A stretch of 64,000 nt of DNA from Minutocellus sp. GHC0000111. Its lineage: Eukaryota. Location: positions 2,542,001 to 2,606,000 of the forward strand of contig OZ361259.1 of NCBI GenBank assembly GCA_977018835.1. Reading direction: 5' to 3'. Made by a program: the position numbers and the translations under genes. The first letter of the stretch is position 1. Each line of letters starts with the position of its first letter. The notes under the pieces are model-generated. The model did not search any database. It was not told the DNA's origin and was given only the letters and a program-made list of their open reading frames with translations. Positions 42,928-54,077 of the stretch are shown piece after piece.

Positions 42928-45900
42928 CTAGCGCATCCACAGCGTAGGCTTTCCTGGGGTCACGTTTTGGCTGTTCTTTTGCGGAACGTTGGCGGCCATC
43001 TCCTCCTCGGTACCAAGAAGGATGAAATCAATGGCTGTTATGTTGAGCTGTGACTTGATATAACTCTCACTCCCTTGAAGAATTGCCTTCTGGTCAAAGG
43101 GAAGGGTCGTATCCATGGCCTGCGTGCCCACCTCTTCGATCTCCTTCTTGACGAAGGAAGCAAATTGCATGGCAAACTTGATCAACTTCTTGTCCTCGAG
43201 GTTGGCTCCAGTCCAGCCCTTGAGGTTCTTCATAAAGTCAGCGGGGAACGCCTTGGCATCGGAATCGTACTGACCTTGCATCCAGGTGAGGACATTGACC
43301 TTCCACTCGGGGTAAGAATCGGAGATGAGGACACTGCAATCCTTCCATCCCTTCTTGGCCTTGCCAGCCGCTGCACGGAAATTCTTGAGCGTATCGCGAA
43401 GGAACTTGGCCTGTCGGGTAAGAAGCTTGTCCTCCTCCTCGGCTGCTGGCCACGGTGCCTTGATGGCAAGGCCCTCCTTGCCCACGGACTTCCACATCTT
43501 CTCCGACCAGTGAGGACAGATGGGGCAGATGAGGATAATGACCGACTCGATCCACTTCCGAACAACGGCCTCGTGCATAGGAACACCACCGTCGCTGCAC
43601 CAACTTCGGTACTCGTTACGAGCAATCATCATCTCGAACCAGCCCTTCTGCAAACCCTCACGGAACTGCATGGCGGCAAAACTCTCCTCGGTCGCCTTGA
43701 TAAGACGGTTGGTCTCATTGATCAGGACCTTGTCCATGAAGTTGAGATCGTCGCCAGTACGAAGACCCGAAACATCCGCCAGGGTTTCATTGATCCAGTT
43801 CTCCTCATTGGCCAAGCTCACGATAGCTGTATCAGCGGTATCACGGCTGAAGTTAGCATCGTCGAGAGTATCACCGGCATCAGCACATGCGAATCGAGTG
43901 GCATCGGCAGAGTACTTCTTGATAGTTTCGTCCATCATGAGGAAATTGCCCTTGCTCTTACTCATCTTTTCGGCATCGACAAGAACGTGGCCATTGGTGT
44001 AATACCCCTTGGGCCAGAGGGCCGGCTCGTCGTCCCAAATAGCAGCATGGTTGTACAGAGCCATCGTCAAGTGATTGGGAATAAGATCCTTGGCACTCAC
44101 ACGCAGATCCATGGGATACCAGTATCGGAACTCGGATCGCATCTTGTCCAGAGCATCGGCGGGGATGCTGGTGCCCTCCGGCATGGGACCGTTGCAGTAA
44201 ACGTAGTTGAACACATCATCCGTCAGGTCCTCGGCCGCAATCTTACCAGGAGACTTGCCGGAATCACCGTTGAGGTTGTCAACGCCCTGCAGGACGTGAG
44301 CGATGGCATAGTAGGCCATGTAGATGGTACTGTCGGACAGACTCTCAATGACCCACTGCTGGTCCCACGGCAGATGCGTGCCCAAACCAAACTGACGGGT
44401 GCAGGCCCACTCCTTGAGCCAGCCGATGGTGTAGTCGTACTTGCTGAGGGCGTTGGGATCGTACGCGTTGAAGGTGTCCTGGTTCAGCACGTGCTTCTTC
44501 ACGGCATCCCTCCAGCTCTCCTCGCCGTAGGCCAGGTACCACTGGTCGGTGGCGGCGACGACGCACTCGTCGTTGGTGCGCGACATGACCCGGGATTCGG
44601 GCTCGAAGTACAGGCAGGCCTGTCCAGCGGCGATCATCTCGTCCCTGATCTTGGGCTTGGCATCGCTGACCTTCTCTCCCTTGTGGGGGCCGTACGTCAT
44701 GACGCCCATGGTGAAGCCCTTGAGGTAGGTCTCGTCCTTGGCCTGGGCCAGCTTGGCCTTGTCGTTGAAGCTCTTGATCTTGAGCTTCTCGCACATGTAG
44801 ACGGCGGAGGCGTCGCCGTATCCCTCGATGGAGATGATGGGAACGACGTCGAAGGGCTCGACCATGTCGCGGGTGATGCCGTACTTCTCGGCGAAGTCGG
44901 GCTTGTCCTTGAGGGTTTGGAGGGAGACGTAGTCATCGGGGGCGTCGGAGGGGACGGAGGTGACGACGCCGGTGCCCTTGTTCATGCTAATGGTCAGCAG
45001 GGGGAGGGTGTACACCTTGTCGTAGGTGGCATTGGGCGCACTGAGGGGCAGACCAAGGAGCTCGTCGCCCGTAAAGGTTTCCAGGCAGGTGATCTTGCCG
45101 AACTCCTTGGTGTAGTACTGGTTCTTGTCGGTGTCAAACAGCTGGCAGGACAGTCCTCGGGCCGATCGGGCGCTCATGATGAACACCTCGTCGGTGGCAT
45201 CGACGTAGTACGCACCGTACTCTCCTGTGGGGAGGACGAAGCAGTTGGTCTGGCCGTACATGGTCTCGGGACGGAGGGTGGCGGGTACGAGGTAGACGGA
45301 CCGGTTGTTGGCGGCCTCCTGATCCAACAACGCCTTGATCTTGGAATGACGGCCCTGGCCATGCTCGGGCTGCAGAACCTTGAGCTTGATCAACACATAC
45401 TCCTGCGGACCGACGCCCTCACCCTCCGAGCGGTCGTGATCGGCACACACCTGTCCGTCGAGGATGGAGTAGACGTTGTTGCGCTTGCCATACAAGACCT
45501 TCTCCTTGGCACGGAGGGTGTTGAACTGCCACCGAATGAAGGCATCGTAGTACGGGTTGACGGAGGTGGTGATGAACGATCGGCGCCAATCAACGCCGGA
45601 GCCAAAGTTCTTCATATGATCGACGCCGATGGGGGGGAAGTAGTTGAGCCAATGCAACGGATCGACGAACTTGGGGATCTCCTCCTCGGGGACCATCTTC
45701 TTGAGGATGTTCCACTGCCGGACGATGCCGGTGCCGGACTTTTGGACCAACTTGGTCTTGCCGCCCTTGGCCTTCTTGTCGGGGGCGGCCTTGGCCTCGG
45801 CGGCGGCGGCCAATTCGGCCTCCATCTTGGCGCGTACCTCGGGATCGTCCTCGGGGAACTGCGGGGGGATGCCGTACGTTTCGGTTTCCATCTTGAGCTT

Positions 45901-46257
45901 GTTGGCGGCGGCCTGAATGGGCATGCCGGTGCAGTGGAAGGCGAAGGGAAACAGAACGTTCTTGCCGCGGTTGCGCTCGAACTGGGCCCGGAAGACGGCC
46001 TTGGTCAGACTAAAGGCGTGGCCGATGTGCAGAACGCCATTCATGTACGGATAGGGGAAGGTGACGATGAACTTGTCGTCGGGATTTTCGACGCCCGTCT
46101 TGCCGGATTCGGCGTCGGCCTCGAAGACCTTCTGGGCTTCCCACATGGCCTGGACCTCGGCCTCGTTGGCGAGGAGGGCATCGCGCTTGGCGGTGCCCTT
46201 GCCTCCTCCGCCGCCAGAAACGGCGAGGTTGGCCATCTCCTTGGTTGGTGCCGACAT
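42928..46257 (-). CDS. LARS1: Cytosolic leucyl-tRNA synthetase
   Basis: FPYPYMNGVLHIGH, FAFHCTGMPI, CADHDRSEGEG, ATLRPETMYGQTN, GTGVVTSVPSDAPDD, IESLSDSTIYMA, KDLIPNHL, KMSKS. Intronless. Confidence 0.97.
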   Translation of the reverse strand: MSAPTKEMANLAVSGGGGGKGTAKRDALLANEAEVQAMWEAQKVFEADAESGKTGVENPDDKFIVTFPYPYMNGVLHIGHAFSLTKAVFRAQFERNRGKNVLFPFAFHCTGMPIQAAANKLKMETETYGIPPQFPEDDPEVRAKMEAELAAAAEAKAAPDKKAKGGKTKLVQKSGTGIVRQWNILKKMVPEEEIPKFVDPLHWLNYFPPIGVDHMKNFGSGVDWRRSFITTSVNPYYDAFIRWQFNTLRAKEKVLYGKRNNVYSILDGQVCADHDRSEGEGVGPQEYVLIKLKVLQPEHGQGRHSKIKALLDQEAANNRSVYLVPATLRPETMYGQTNCFVLPTGEYGAYYVDATDEVFIMSARSARGLSCQLFDTDKNQYYTKEFGKITCLETFTGDELLGLPLSAPNATYDKVYTLPLLTISMNKGTGVVTSVPSDAPDDYVSLQTLKDKPDFAEKYGITRDMVEPFDVVPIISIEGYGDASAVYMCEKLKIKSFNDKAKLAQAKDETYLKGFTMGVMTYGPHKGEKVSDAKPKIRDEMIAAGQACLYFEPESRVMSRTNDECVVAATDQWYLAYGEESWRDAVKKHVLNQDTFNAYDPNALSKYDYTIGWLKEWACTRQFGLGTHLPWDQQWVIESLSDSTIYMAYYAIAHVLQGVDNLNGDSGKSPGKIAAEDLTDDVFNYVYCNGPMPEGTSIPADALDKMRSEFRYWYPMDLRVSAKDLIPNHLTMALYNHAAIWDDEPALWPKGYYTNGHVLVDAEKMSKSKGNFLMMDETIKKYSADATRFACADAGDTLDDANFSRDTADTAIVSLANEENWINETLADVSGLRTGDDLNFMDKVLINETNRLIKATEESFAAMQFREGLQKGWFEMMIARNEYRSWCSDGGVPMHEAVVRKWIESVIILICPICPHWSEKMWKSVGKEGLAIKAPWPAAEEEDKLLTRQAKFLRDTLKNFRAAAGKAKKGWKDCSVLISDSYPEWKVNVLTWMQGQYDSDAKAFPADFMKNLKGWTGANLEDKKLIKFAMQFASFVKKEIEEVGTQAMDTTLPFDQKAILQGSESYIKSQLNITAIDFILLGTEEEMAANVPQKNSQNVTPGKPTLWMR

Positions 46258-46769
46258 TCTTCTAAATGTAATACGTGACGTGCTTTTTTGGAGGGAAATC
46301 AAATCAAATCAAATCGAAAGATGCCAATGCGAGGGATACAAAGCAAAGATATAAGTGCTTTTGATCTATCTCCTCTATGCGTGCTTGACTGGTACTACTG
46401 CCGATGCGATGCAATACGCATGTGCCGATGGAGGAAAATGAGCGATGGCGGAACCGCCAAGAGGTTCAACGGGTTATTGAACGACGCGACGGACGACGGG
46501 CAGAGCGCTATGAAAGTCAAAATTAGAAAATCGGTCTCAAAGATGACGAACTCGCGCCGCCGCCGCTGCCCGCCGCTCCTTCGTCGCGTCGCTGACCATA
46601 CTTCACAGTAGTCTGAAGCAACCTCCATCAGGACCTCTTAGTCTCCAACATTAGACTAAATCCACCAGAGACAAACGCACTGAGAAAAGCACATACATCA
46701 TTCATCTTGTGCATCTTTTCGCCCTCTCATTGCATTCTTCAAGCTGCACCGACTCACAACAATAATATT

Positions 46770-48104
46770 ATGGGCCAATCGATATCCCGAAGGGTCGTGC
46801 CGCGGCTCAACAATGCCTTCCAAAAGTACGAGAATGCCGCCACCAAGGACGCGCTGGACGACATGGCCAAACGCCAAGCGCTGGCCAAGTCCGGCAAAAC
46901 GGGAGGATATTCCGACCCCAACGCCATCCATGGGGGGTTCCGTCGCGAGAATGCCCCGGCATTGCCCCAGGAGGCGGCCCAGGAGGAGTTCTTGCGCAGC
47001 CAGCAACCCGCGGGTTCGGCCGGTGGACAGCAGGAGATGCCGGAGGATTTGCTCAAGTTTTTGAACGACAATCCTCTAGAGAAGACGGTCGATCGAGATT
47101 TGACCAGTCCCAAGGTATTGGATTCGCTGCTCGTGGAAGAGCAGGAGCAGGAGGGGGGTACAGAAGGATCATCTGCAACATCTACAAACAAGAAGCGCAC
47201 GCCCCGAGCACGAACACGACGGACCATGCCTTTGGCGGAATCCATGATGGAGGACTTGCCCGACGATATATCGGCCGACATTGCGGGTGCCACTGGCGTT
47301 GAGCGGACTACCAACTTTTCTACTGCCGATTTGGACGGGGTGGGTGGGTCCGATGCCGACAGTGACGAGGCACGGCTGGATCGGCTGCTGAGATTAACCG
47401 ATCGGGATTTGGCGTCGCTCCTTCGCAAGGACGGTGCAACCCTGGCCTCGAGCGATGTTGGTGGTGGTACAGACACTGCAGGCGACTCGGCAAAACAAAA
47501 GCAGTTGGCAGCCGAAACCTATCTGGCCGATAGACTGTCGACGTCCGATATCGCATCGGTAGAAACGTTGTTGGATGAGGAAAAGCGGACGGTGTATACG
47601 TCCTTGATGGCCAATGCTCTGCGATACAGTGGCATGCCCGTCTTGCTCAAGGATGAAGTGGATGCCGACTACGTCGGTGTTTGGTCCGATCGCGTAAAGG
47701 AGCTGGAGCGAATGAAGCTCCGAGTTGTGAAGGAGGAGGAGACAACCCTCCTGTTCGAAGGCAGGGCAGGTAAAACTAGCAGCAGTGCCAGTAAAAACGA
47801 TGAAATCACGGGGGGAATGGGCGCAGAATTGTCGGAGGGCAAACCAAATGAAGCCCGGGCACCAGAAAGTATAAGTCAAGAGCTCCAAGTAGATGCAACT
47901 GATGCCGAATCGACACCATCCACGGAAGAGAAAGAGGATGACTGGAAACGGCAGTACATGGAGGAGCAGAAGAAAATAAAAGGAAAGGTAGGGAGCACTG
48001 GCCCGGCCACACGGAAGTTTCTCGAAGAGGAGGCAGCGAGGGCGGCTGCTGCAGCGGCCGCAGAAACGGTTTCTAGCGAAAAGGTTGCGAAGAAGGCCGA
48101 GTGA
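46770..48104 (+). CDS. Hypothetical protein with an N-myristoylation-like start (MGQSIS)
   Basis: Long open frame with coding-like composition and an MGxxxS motif. No domain recognised. Confidence 0.7.
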   Translation: MGQSISRRVVPRLNNAFQKYENAATKDALDDMAKRQALAKSGKTGGYSDPNAIHGGFRRENAPALPQEAAQEEFLRSQQPAGSAGGQQEMPEDLLKFLNDNPLEKTVDRDLTSPKVLDSLLVEEQEQEGGTEGSSATSTNKKRTPRARTRRTMPLAESMMEDLPDDISADIAGATGVERTTNFSTADLDGVGGSDADSDEARLDRLLRLTDRDLASLLRKDGATLASSDVGGGTDTAGDSAKQKQLAAETYLADRLSTSDIASVETLLDEEKRTVYTSLMANALRYSGMPVLLKDEVDADYVGVWSDRVKELERMKLRVVKEEETTLLFEGRAGKTSSSASKNDEITGGMGAELSEGKPNEARAPESISQELQVDATDAESTPSTEEKEDDWKRQYMEEQKKIKGKVGSTGPATRKFLEEEAARAAAAAAAETVSSEKVAKKAE

Positions 48105-48210
48105 AAAGTAAAGGTAGCCATTTACTATGAGGCGACAGCATGCATTCTAAAAGCTAAGGTGTGTATGTAGTAAAAATGTTGCTATAAGGTTATTGGAATG
48201 GGAAATTAAG

Positions 48211-51200
48211 CTACACAACCACCTGAGTCCCAAGCAAACTTAGCAGTAAGCCAGGGTGCTCGTCCATGAAGGGGATCAGACTGGATTTCGGGAAGACCAA
48301 AACAACACACACCCATCCATTCCGGCCGCTAGCGTCGAGCTGTGGTAGACGTGTTCCTCCTCTTTCCCGCCGACGGCCATTGGCGGGCCGGAGATGCTCC
48401 CCAAGCCATCTTGGCTGCCGCCCTCACCGCCAAAGCCGTATTCTCTGTCGTCGACAGTAGTATCCTTCTTCGCCAACAATCCCGCAACCATCTTGGAGAC
48501 ATCTCCAAGGAAATGCCCCCTGCTGAAGACGAGTCCGGCAGTAAATGCCCGGCTTTCGTAGAGGCGGCCGAGCACCTTGTTGGCAAATCTGTCCCTCGAT
48601 GATCTACGCCGCATCCGTCTGGATGCGCGAGACTCATCGCCACTTCGGACGCTGCTACGCCTGGTGTCAGGGGCATCCTCTTCGTCGATATCATCGAGTT
48701 CCTCGTCGGAGTCTTCACCGCCCGAGGCATCCGAATCAGAGTCGGAATCAGAGTCATCAAACTCATTCGGCGCCTTTCCGTTTCCAGAATAATTGGTCAT
48801 ACTATCCGCGCGCTTCTGAAGACCTCTACTCAATTTGGTGAGGTCGTTGAAGGACTCCTGACGTCGAGACTGAGTGAGGACGGCCTCAACTTTGTCCATT
48901 TCCTCGTCCTTTAGACGGGAACTGTCATTTGAAGAAATCGAACTGCCATCGGAATCGTCACCGTTGCTGAAATTTCCGCCCTGAATTGATAGGTAAATAA
49001 ATAAAATGAAAGACGAGAAGGTGGATTAGTGAATGTCAATATCATTGAGATGAAGTGGTTGGAGAGAACGGAAGGACTTACCAACTGCTGTATTGCTTTC
49101 AAGGCATCCACGCGCATCGCACTACCGAGTTCGGTCTTGCCCTCTTCCACCAAAGAGCTCCTACTGCTGTTGCCTGTAGCTAACGCCAGCGCATCTCTAC
49201 CAGAGGTGACCGAAGCCGAGCCAGCCATTCGCCTTTTCTGAATAAACGACGCAGTTCCGGCGACTATTATGTAGGCCTTGTCAACAGCAGATCCTTGCAT
49301 CCAGAGCCTTTGACCACTGCTGTAATAGGCAGGACCTTCCGCGAGACTCTCAAGATGTCGCTTTTGGACAGCACTAAGCTTGCGCAAAGCTGAATTGCAT
49401 TCCAGTAGCTCAATAATATTGAGGTTCTTGACGGCGTTGTCAAATTTCTTGTTGCCCTGGGTGATTGACTCGACAGCAACATTTAGCTTGTTTCGACGGG
49501 ATAAATATTTGCGATATAGTGAAGAGCCATCTTGAAGGATTGCATGTAGATTAGAAAATTCCACGGTGATGACCTTCACGCCTTCAGACGACATGGCGAC
49601 AATGTCGTGGCTCTTGCTCGTGGAACTTTCACCCGATAAACGCTTCTCAGGCTGAAGAGCTCTGGGGCCAGTCCAGTCACCTGCAAACCAAACCGCACCG
49701 GAGCGCTTCTTGCCCTGAACACCCTGCATTTCGCTTGTTGACAAAGGTCGATGTTGACCCTGTGGGTGATACGTCGATACTCGGCGATCCGTACTGCTTT
49801 TAAGCACGTTGGCTGAACCCTTCTTCTGAAATGTTGTTTCACGTTCCATACAGGTGCCTTCCCAGACTACCACGAGTGTATCATGGCGCTTGTGGGACAA
49901 CAATATCATTCTGACAGAAGGCGTCGACCCGCGCCGTCTCCAATACCTCCATCGTAGAAGCATATGAGAGACTGGAAAGAAATGGCACGGCAGATAGGAG
50001 ATTGAGAATGAACCAAGCATCGGTACTGGAGGTTGGTCGCAAGGATACGAGCGGCGGCTCGGGAGATCTGTTCATGTTCATTATGGAAGTCATCCGGCTC
50101 ATATTACCAGGCCCTCTCATCGAACCTGAATCTGACGAGTCCTCGAATAACATTGAATCATATTCTCCAACACCACTGCTCAATAATGTATCTTCACCGA
50201 GCTGTGGCATGTGTTGTAGTATGCTGGATCGCTTCAACATTGCCTTGCTACCGACCTTGCCTCCCTTGTCCGACCCAACCTGATCGAGACGAATGGTACC
50301 AGCCGTTCCTGTTGGTGCGACGCGAAGACCACAGTCCTCTGGAAGATTGGAGGTATGGACGACATACATATGTTTCTTGACCTTTGGCGGTAGCTTCATC
50401 AACTCATCAAGAGGAGTATGAATCGGCGGAGCACCAGCCTCGTGCAAGAGGCAATCAGTGTCCTGAAGAGGAAGATTTCTCAAGTCATCTGCTCTTCCCT
50501 TCGACAAAGTACCCTGCAATTTTAGGATAACACAAAAAAAAAGGACGGTGAGCAACACCCCTTATCTATCAAGACAGTGCCAAAGCATTCTAAAGGAAAT
50601 GGCCGCAAGCAACGTCACAAACTCACCGCATCCTCCATCTTTTGAATGCCCTCAGGACTGTTGAAGTGATCGGCTGTGAACACCATCGATCGTCCTCTCC
50701 ATTCTACACGGAACCCGACGCAAGGAATTGTATGAAGGGAGTAGGTAAAATGAAATGTTGCGCCCTGGAATCGAAGCGGGGTTCCGATAATAGCAGGCTT
50801 GTATCTGTGGCTATGGCGCAGCAACGCAGGGCTTAATGCCGAAAGTGCAGAATACTTTCGTATGAAACTCTTGTAAATGGTTGGTGTGGTAATGACGACG
50901 ACCTGCGAACCCGTCAGGACCTTTTGGAAAGTTCCGGCGTCATGGTCGGCGTGGCAATGAGTGATGATAATACCAACAATCATTCGTGGCCGAATACCCT
51001 CCCTCTCGAGTGTTGCCGAGGAATATGGAGGCGGATCAATCATCACACCACGTCCATTCACCCAAAGAACATATCCAGAGACTGACCCGCTCTTATCGAA
51101 GCCGTGCGAGTTGCCGAGGACAGTGACGCCGAAGGAAGGGGGGTGGAAAGTAGGAGGGAGTATTGGGCGGGGTACGCTGGATGGCGCTCCCGATCCAAAA

Positions 51201-53457
51201 GTCTTCTCCACCTGCATCTCATCCAACTCTTCATCCTCGGAATCCGACAGAGCATCACTCTTCCTCCGAGATGCCGTCGCGAGGTTGTCCATAAAAGATC
51301 TACCGCCAAAGCCATCGACGCTCATTGCTTCCGATACCTTAACGTGGCCAGAGAAACGGGCCTTGCCAATAATTTTGTTGTTTTCATCAACGTCATGGAG
51401 AATATACTCCCCGCCACCGGGCATTTCTGCAAGAAAGATGAGTTAAGAAAGAAAGAACAGGATGAAGTGGGTTAGTTGATTTGTTTACAGTGAAAACAAA
51501 ATCGTAAATACTTGATGGGATAAACACCACGGCATGCAACTTACTGAAAACTTCCACACGTTTGGTGGTTCCAGCCTCAATCTGCTCAGTGGTAGCATCC
51601 TCAGGGTAGATGGTGGCGACATCACCGATCCACTTGGCCTGCGAATAGGACCAAGTTTTGCGCTTCTCCTCCTTCTCCAGCTTGAGGGCAACCTTGCGGA
51701 GGTCAGATCCGCTGGATTCAGCCGCCGGGGCCGAATCCGATGCGACTGCCTGCTGCGACTTGATGTAGCTTGATCACATGTTGTCCTCTACGAGGGCACC
51801 GTCGGATCGCTGCCGTTGCAGAGCCGCCGCGAGAACTGCAGCTGCGGTGGCATCGGCGTCGGCGTCGGAATCCTCAGGAATGCTCCCAATCTGTACGGCG
51901 CTGCTGAGAAGGCGTTCCTCAAGGTCTGGCTCGTCGATAAGAATAGGGGGAACACCCAAGCCCTCGTGCGCACCATTCTCGGCGATTCGGAAGTGATTGA
52001 ATTTCAGTAGAGTTTCCAGGACGAGCTCCTTGCCGTCGGGCATGACACGAAAGTGCTTGAACTCCTTATGGAAATCTGGGATGGCCTCCTTGGGGTATGT
52101 GTCGGCGAAGTCTTCGGGCTCGTAGGCGACGGGATTCTCCTCTCGACGGAAATGGGCTGGGCCCAGGAGCGTTTCGCTGAAGACCCGCCGGATGTTCTTC
52201 TCGGCGTCGTCGGAGTCGACGATGAGGGTGCAGCGCTTCCGCTGGACGAAGAAGTTGAAGTAGGCCGGGAACTCGAACTCGGCAAGGTTGACACCGAGGG
52301 CCGGTCCCATCTCGCGGCAGAAGCGCTCGACGGGGACGATGTAAACGGAGGGAACACCAAGGCCGAGGACCATGCTATCCTTGATGGTTTCAGGAGGGAT
52401 ACCGAACTGAGGAGCGAAGGATGACGCATGATAAAAAAAGAGAAATGGGCATTGTATTTTGTGAGGCATATAATCATTATCGATGAAAGAGAAAAGGGTT
52501 CCATCGAAACAATCCGCCAAATTTGTTTCGTCACACAACCCGGCTTACCTGCACCCGACCGACCGCCTGGGTTTCCATGCTGATGCCGCCACGGAGGAGC
52601 TTGGTAATTTCTAAAAGGGGGACGGAATCGTAGGACTCAACGACGACGGGGTCGTCAAAGATGGCATCCCGGTTCTGCCCTCCAATCTTTCGCGACAGGG
52701 TGGATCCCGACAACGATTTCGATAGGGGTAGGTAGCCCGACGTTTTAATCTTGGGTGCCGCTTTCGGTGCCGGTGCTGGCGAAGGAGCCTCCTCCTTGGG
52801 AGGGGCGGCGGCTGCGGCATCGGATGAACCGTTCGTCATCTTGGTAGCGTTGGATGTTTGTACGGTCCCCTCCGTGGGTGATCGGTCTTTGGTTATTGTG
52901 CTTGGTTTGGTATTGTCACTATCGGGAGCGTCACTCGGTGATGATTCTACCGGAGCCTCTCCCTGTCCGATCCCGACCCCGGACCGCGTGCTGTCACTTT
53001 CGTTGAGGCTGGTCTTGTTCGTCGGCCTCCGCTCGGATCCCTCCGCGGACAGCGTCCCGCTCCCTCTACCGTTCGCGTTGGACGTGCCGGAGGTGGCTCG
53101 GCTCCGACTGTCGGCCGATGCCAATAACTCCCGGGCTCCCGCGGACGTACCGCTGGCGGCACTGCTCCGTCGTCGGTCGTCGGCTCCTCCTCCGGACGAC
53201 GAGTTTCCGTCCTGTTCCCCCGATGCGTTCTTGTTACTGCTGCGGCGGCGGGGAAACGTGCCGGAGGTGGCTCGGCTCTGACTGTCGGCCGATGCCAATA
53301 ACTCCCGGGCTCCCGCGGACGTACCGCTGGCGGCACTGCTCCGTCGTCGGTCGTCGGCTCCTCCTCCGGACGACGAGTTTCCGTCCTGTTCCCCCGATGC
53401 GTTCTTGTTACTGCTGCGGCGGCGGGGAAATAACTTATTAATCCGCTTGGTAACCAT
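48211..53457 (-). CDS. Metallo-beta-lactamase-fold cyclic nucleotide phosphodiesterase with C-terminal cNMP-binding domains (PdeD/PdeE = GbpA/GbpB type). Exons 53457..52549, 52406..51545, 51426..50627, 50513..49082, 48980..48211; in-frame TGA at 51774..51776 and indels near 49893 and 48305
   Basis: RVQ/FGIPPETIKDSM, NLAEFEFPAYFNFF, FGVTVLGNSHGFD, IDPPP, THCHADHDAG (HxHxDH), HTIPCVGF, TADH, HEAGAPPIHTP. cNMP-like segments LLSAVPFLSSL...VVWEGTC and LRKLS..QKRHL...AYIIVAGTA...GHFLGD. Four canonical introns. Confidence 0.85.
53083..53430. repeat. Near-perfect 2 x 174-bp in-frame tandem duplication in exon 1 of the phosphodiesterase gene
   Basis: Copies 53083..53256 and 53257..53430 differ at one visible base (ggctccgact vs ggctctgact). 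Protein repeat FPRRRSS...SRATSGT is 58 aa. Confidence 0.95.
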
Positions 53458-54077
53458 ATCCGCGAAAAGGAAGAGATGTGACAGCGGAGAGGAGCAAAGG
53501 AACAAATCCCCAACTGGATATGCTCCAATGTGCTACTACCTCCGTTGGGTTTCTGGTCCCGCCGATCCGATCCGACCCACCAGGGAGATTATGTGTGGTT
53601 TTGGATATCCCGCGACGCGTCTTACGCCGTTCTCCACTCAGCAGCAAGGGACTGATATCCGAGAGAGGAGGATGTCACCGCGAAGTTGATGCGCGGATAT
53701 CCACGAGCTCCGAGCGTTGCCGAACACTTATCCAGAGGTAGGCCTGGACGGGTGACGCAAGACGGTGTGTGGTGGTGGAATGGGCGGGAGTATTTTTCCG
53801 CCCTTTTCGCCACGGGAAGAGATTACGAACAAGGACCGCGCCGGAATGGCGTGGTGATCGCTGCTCCTCTCGCAAATCTTCTTCTGCGCGGGGGCTGCGT
53901 TTATGCAAGTCCGGCCGAGCGCAAGAGCAAACACAAGAGCTGCTACCGTCTTGTCGGTAGCAATAAGCACACAACGGAGCTATTCAAAGGTCAGCCGCCC
54001 GCAAACTGGTACGTGCCACTACCTTGAACTCATCGCGAGCTATCTTGTCTTCGTGGCCAGCCCTGTACAAAGAAATC

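Noticed and set aside
43075..46278. 1067-aa ORF antisense to LeuRS
   Set aside because: It is the codon-aligned shadow of a GC3-rich gene that avoids TTA/CTA/TCA codons. It has no domain motifs and a typical antisense composition.
46770..48104. Possible NDUFAF4 identity based on the myristoylation-like start
   Set aside because: Resemblance is limited to MGxxxS, so it is left as hypothetical.
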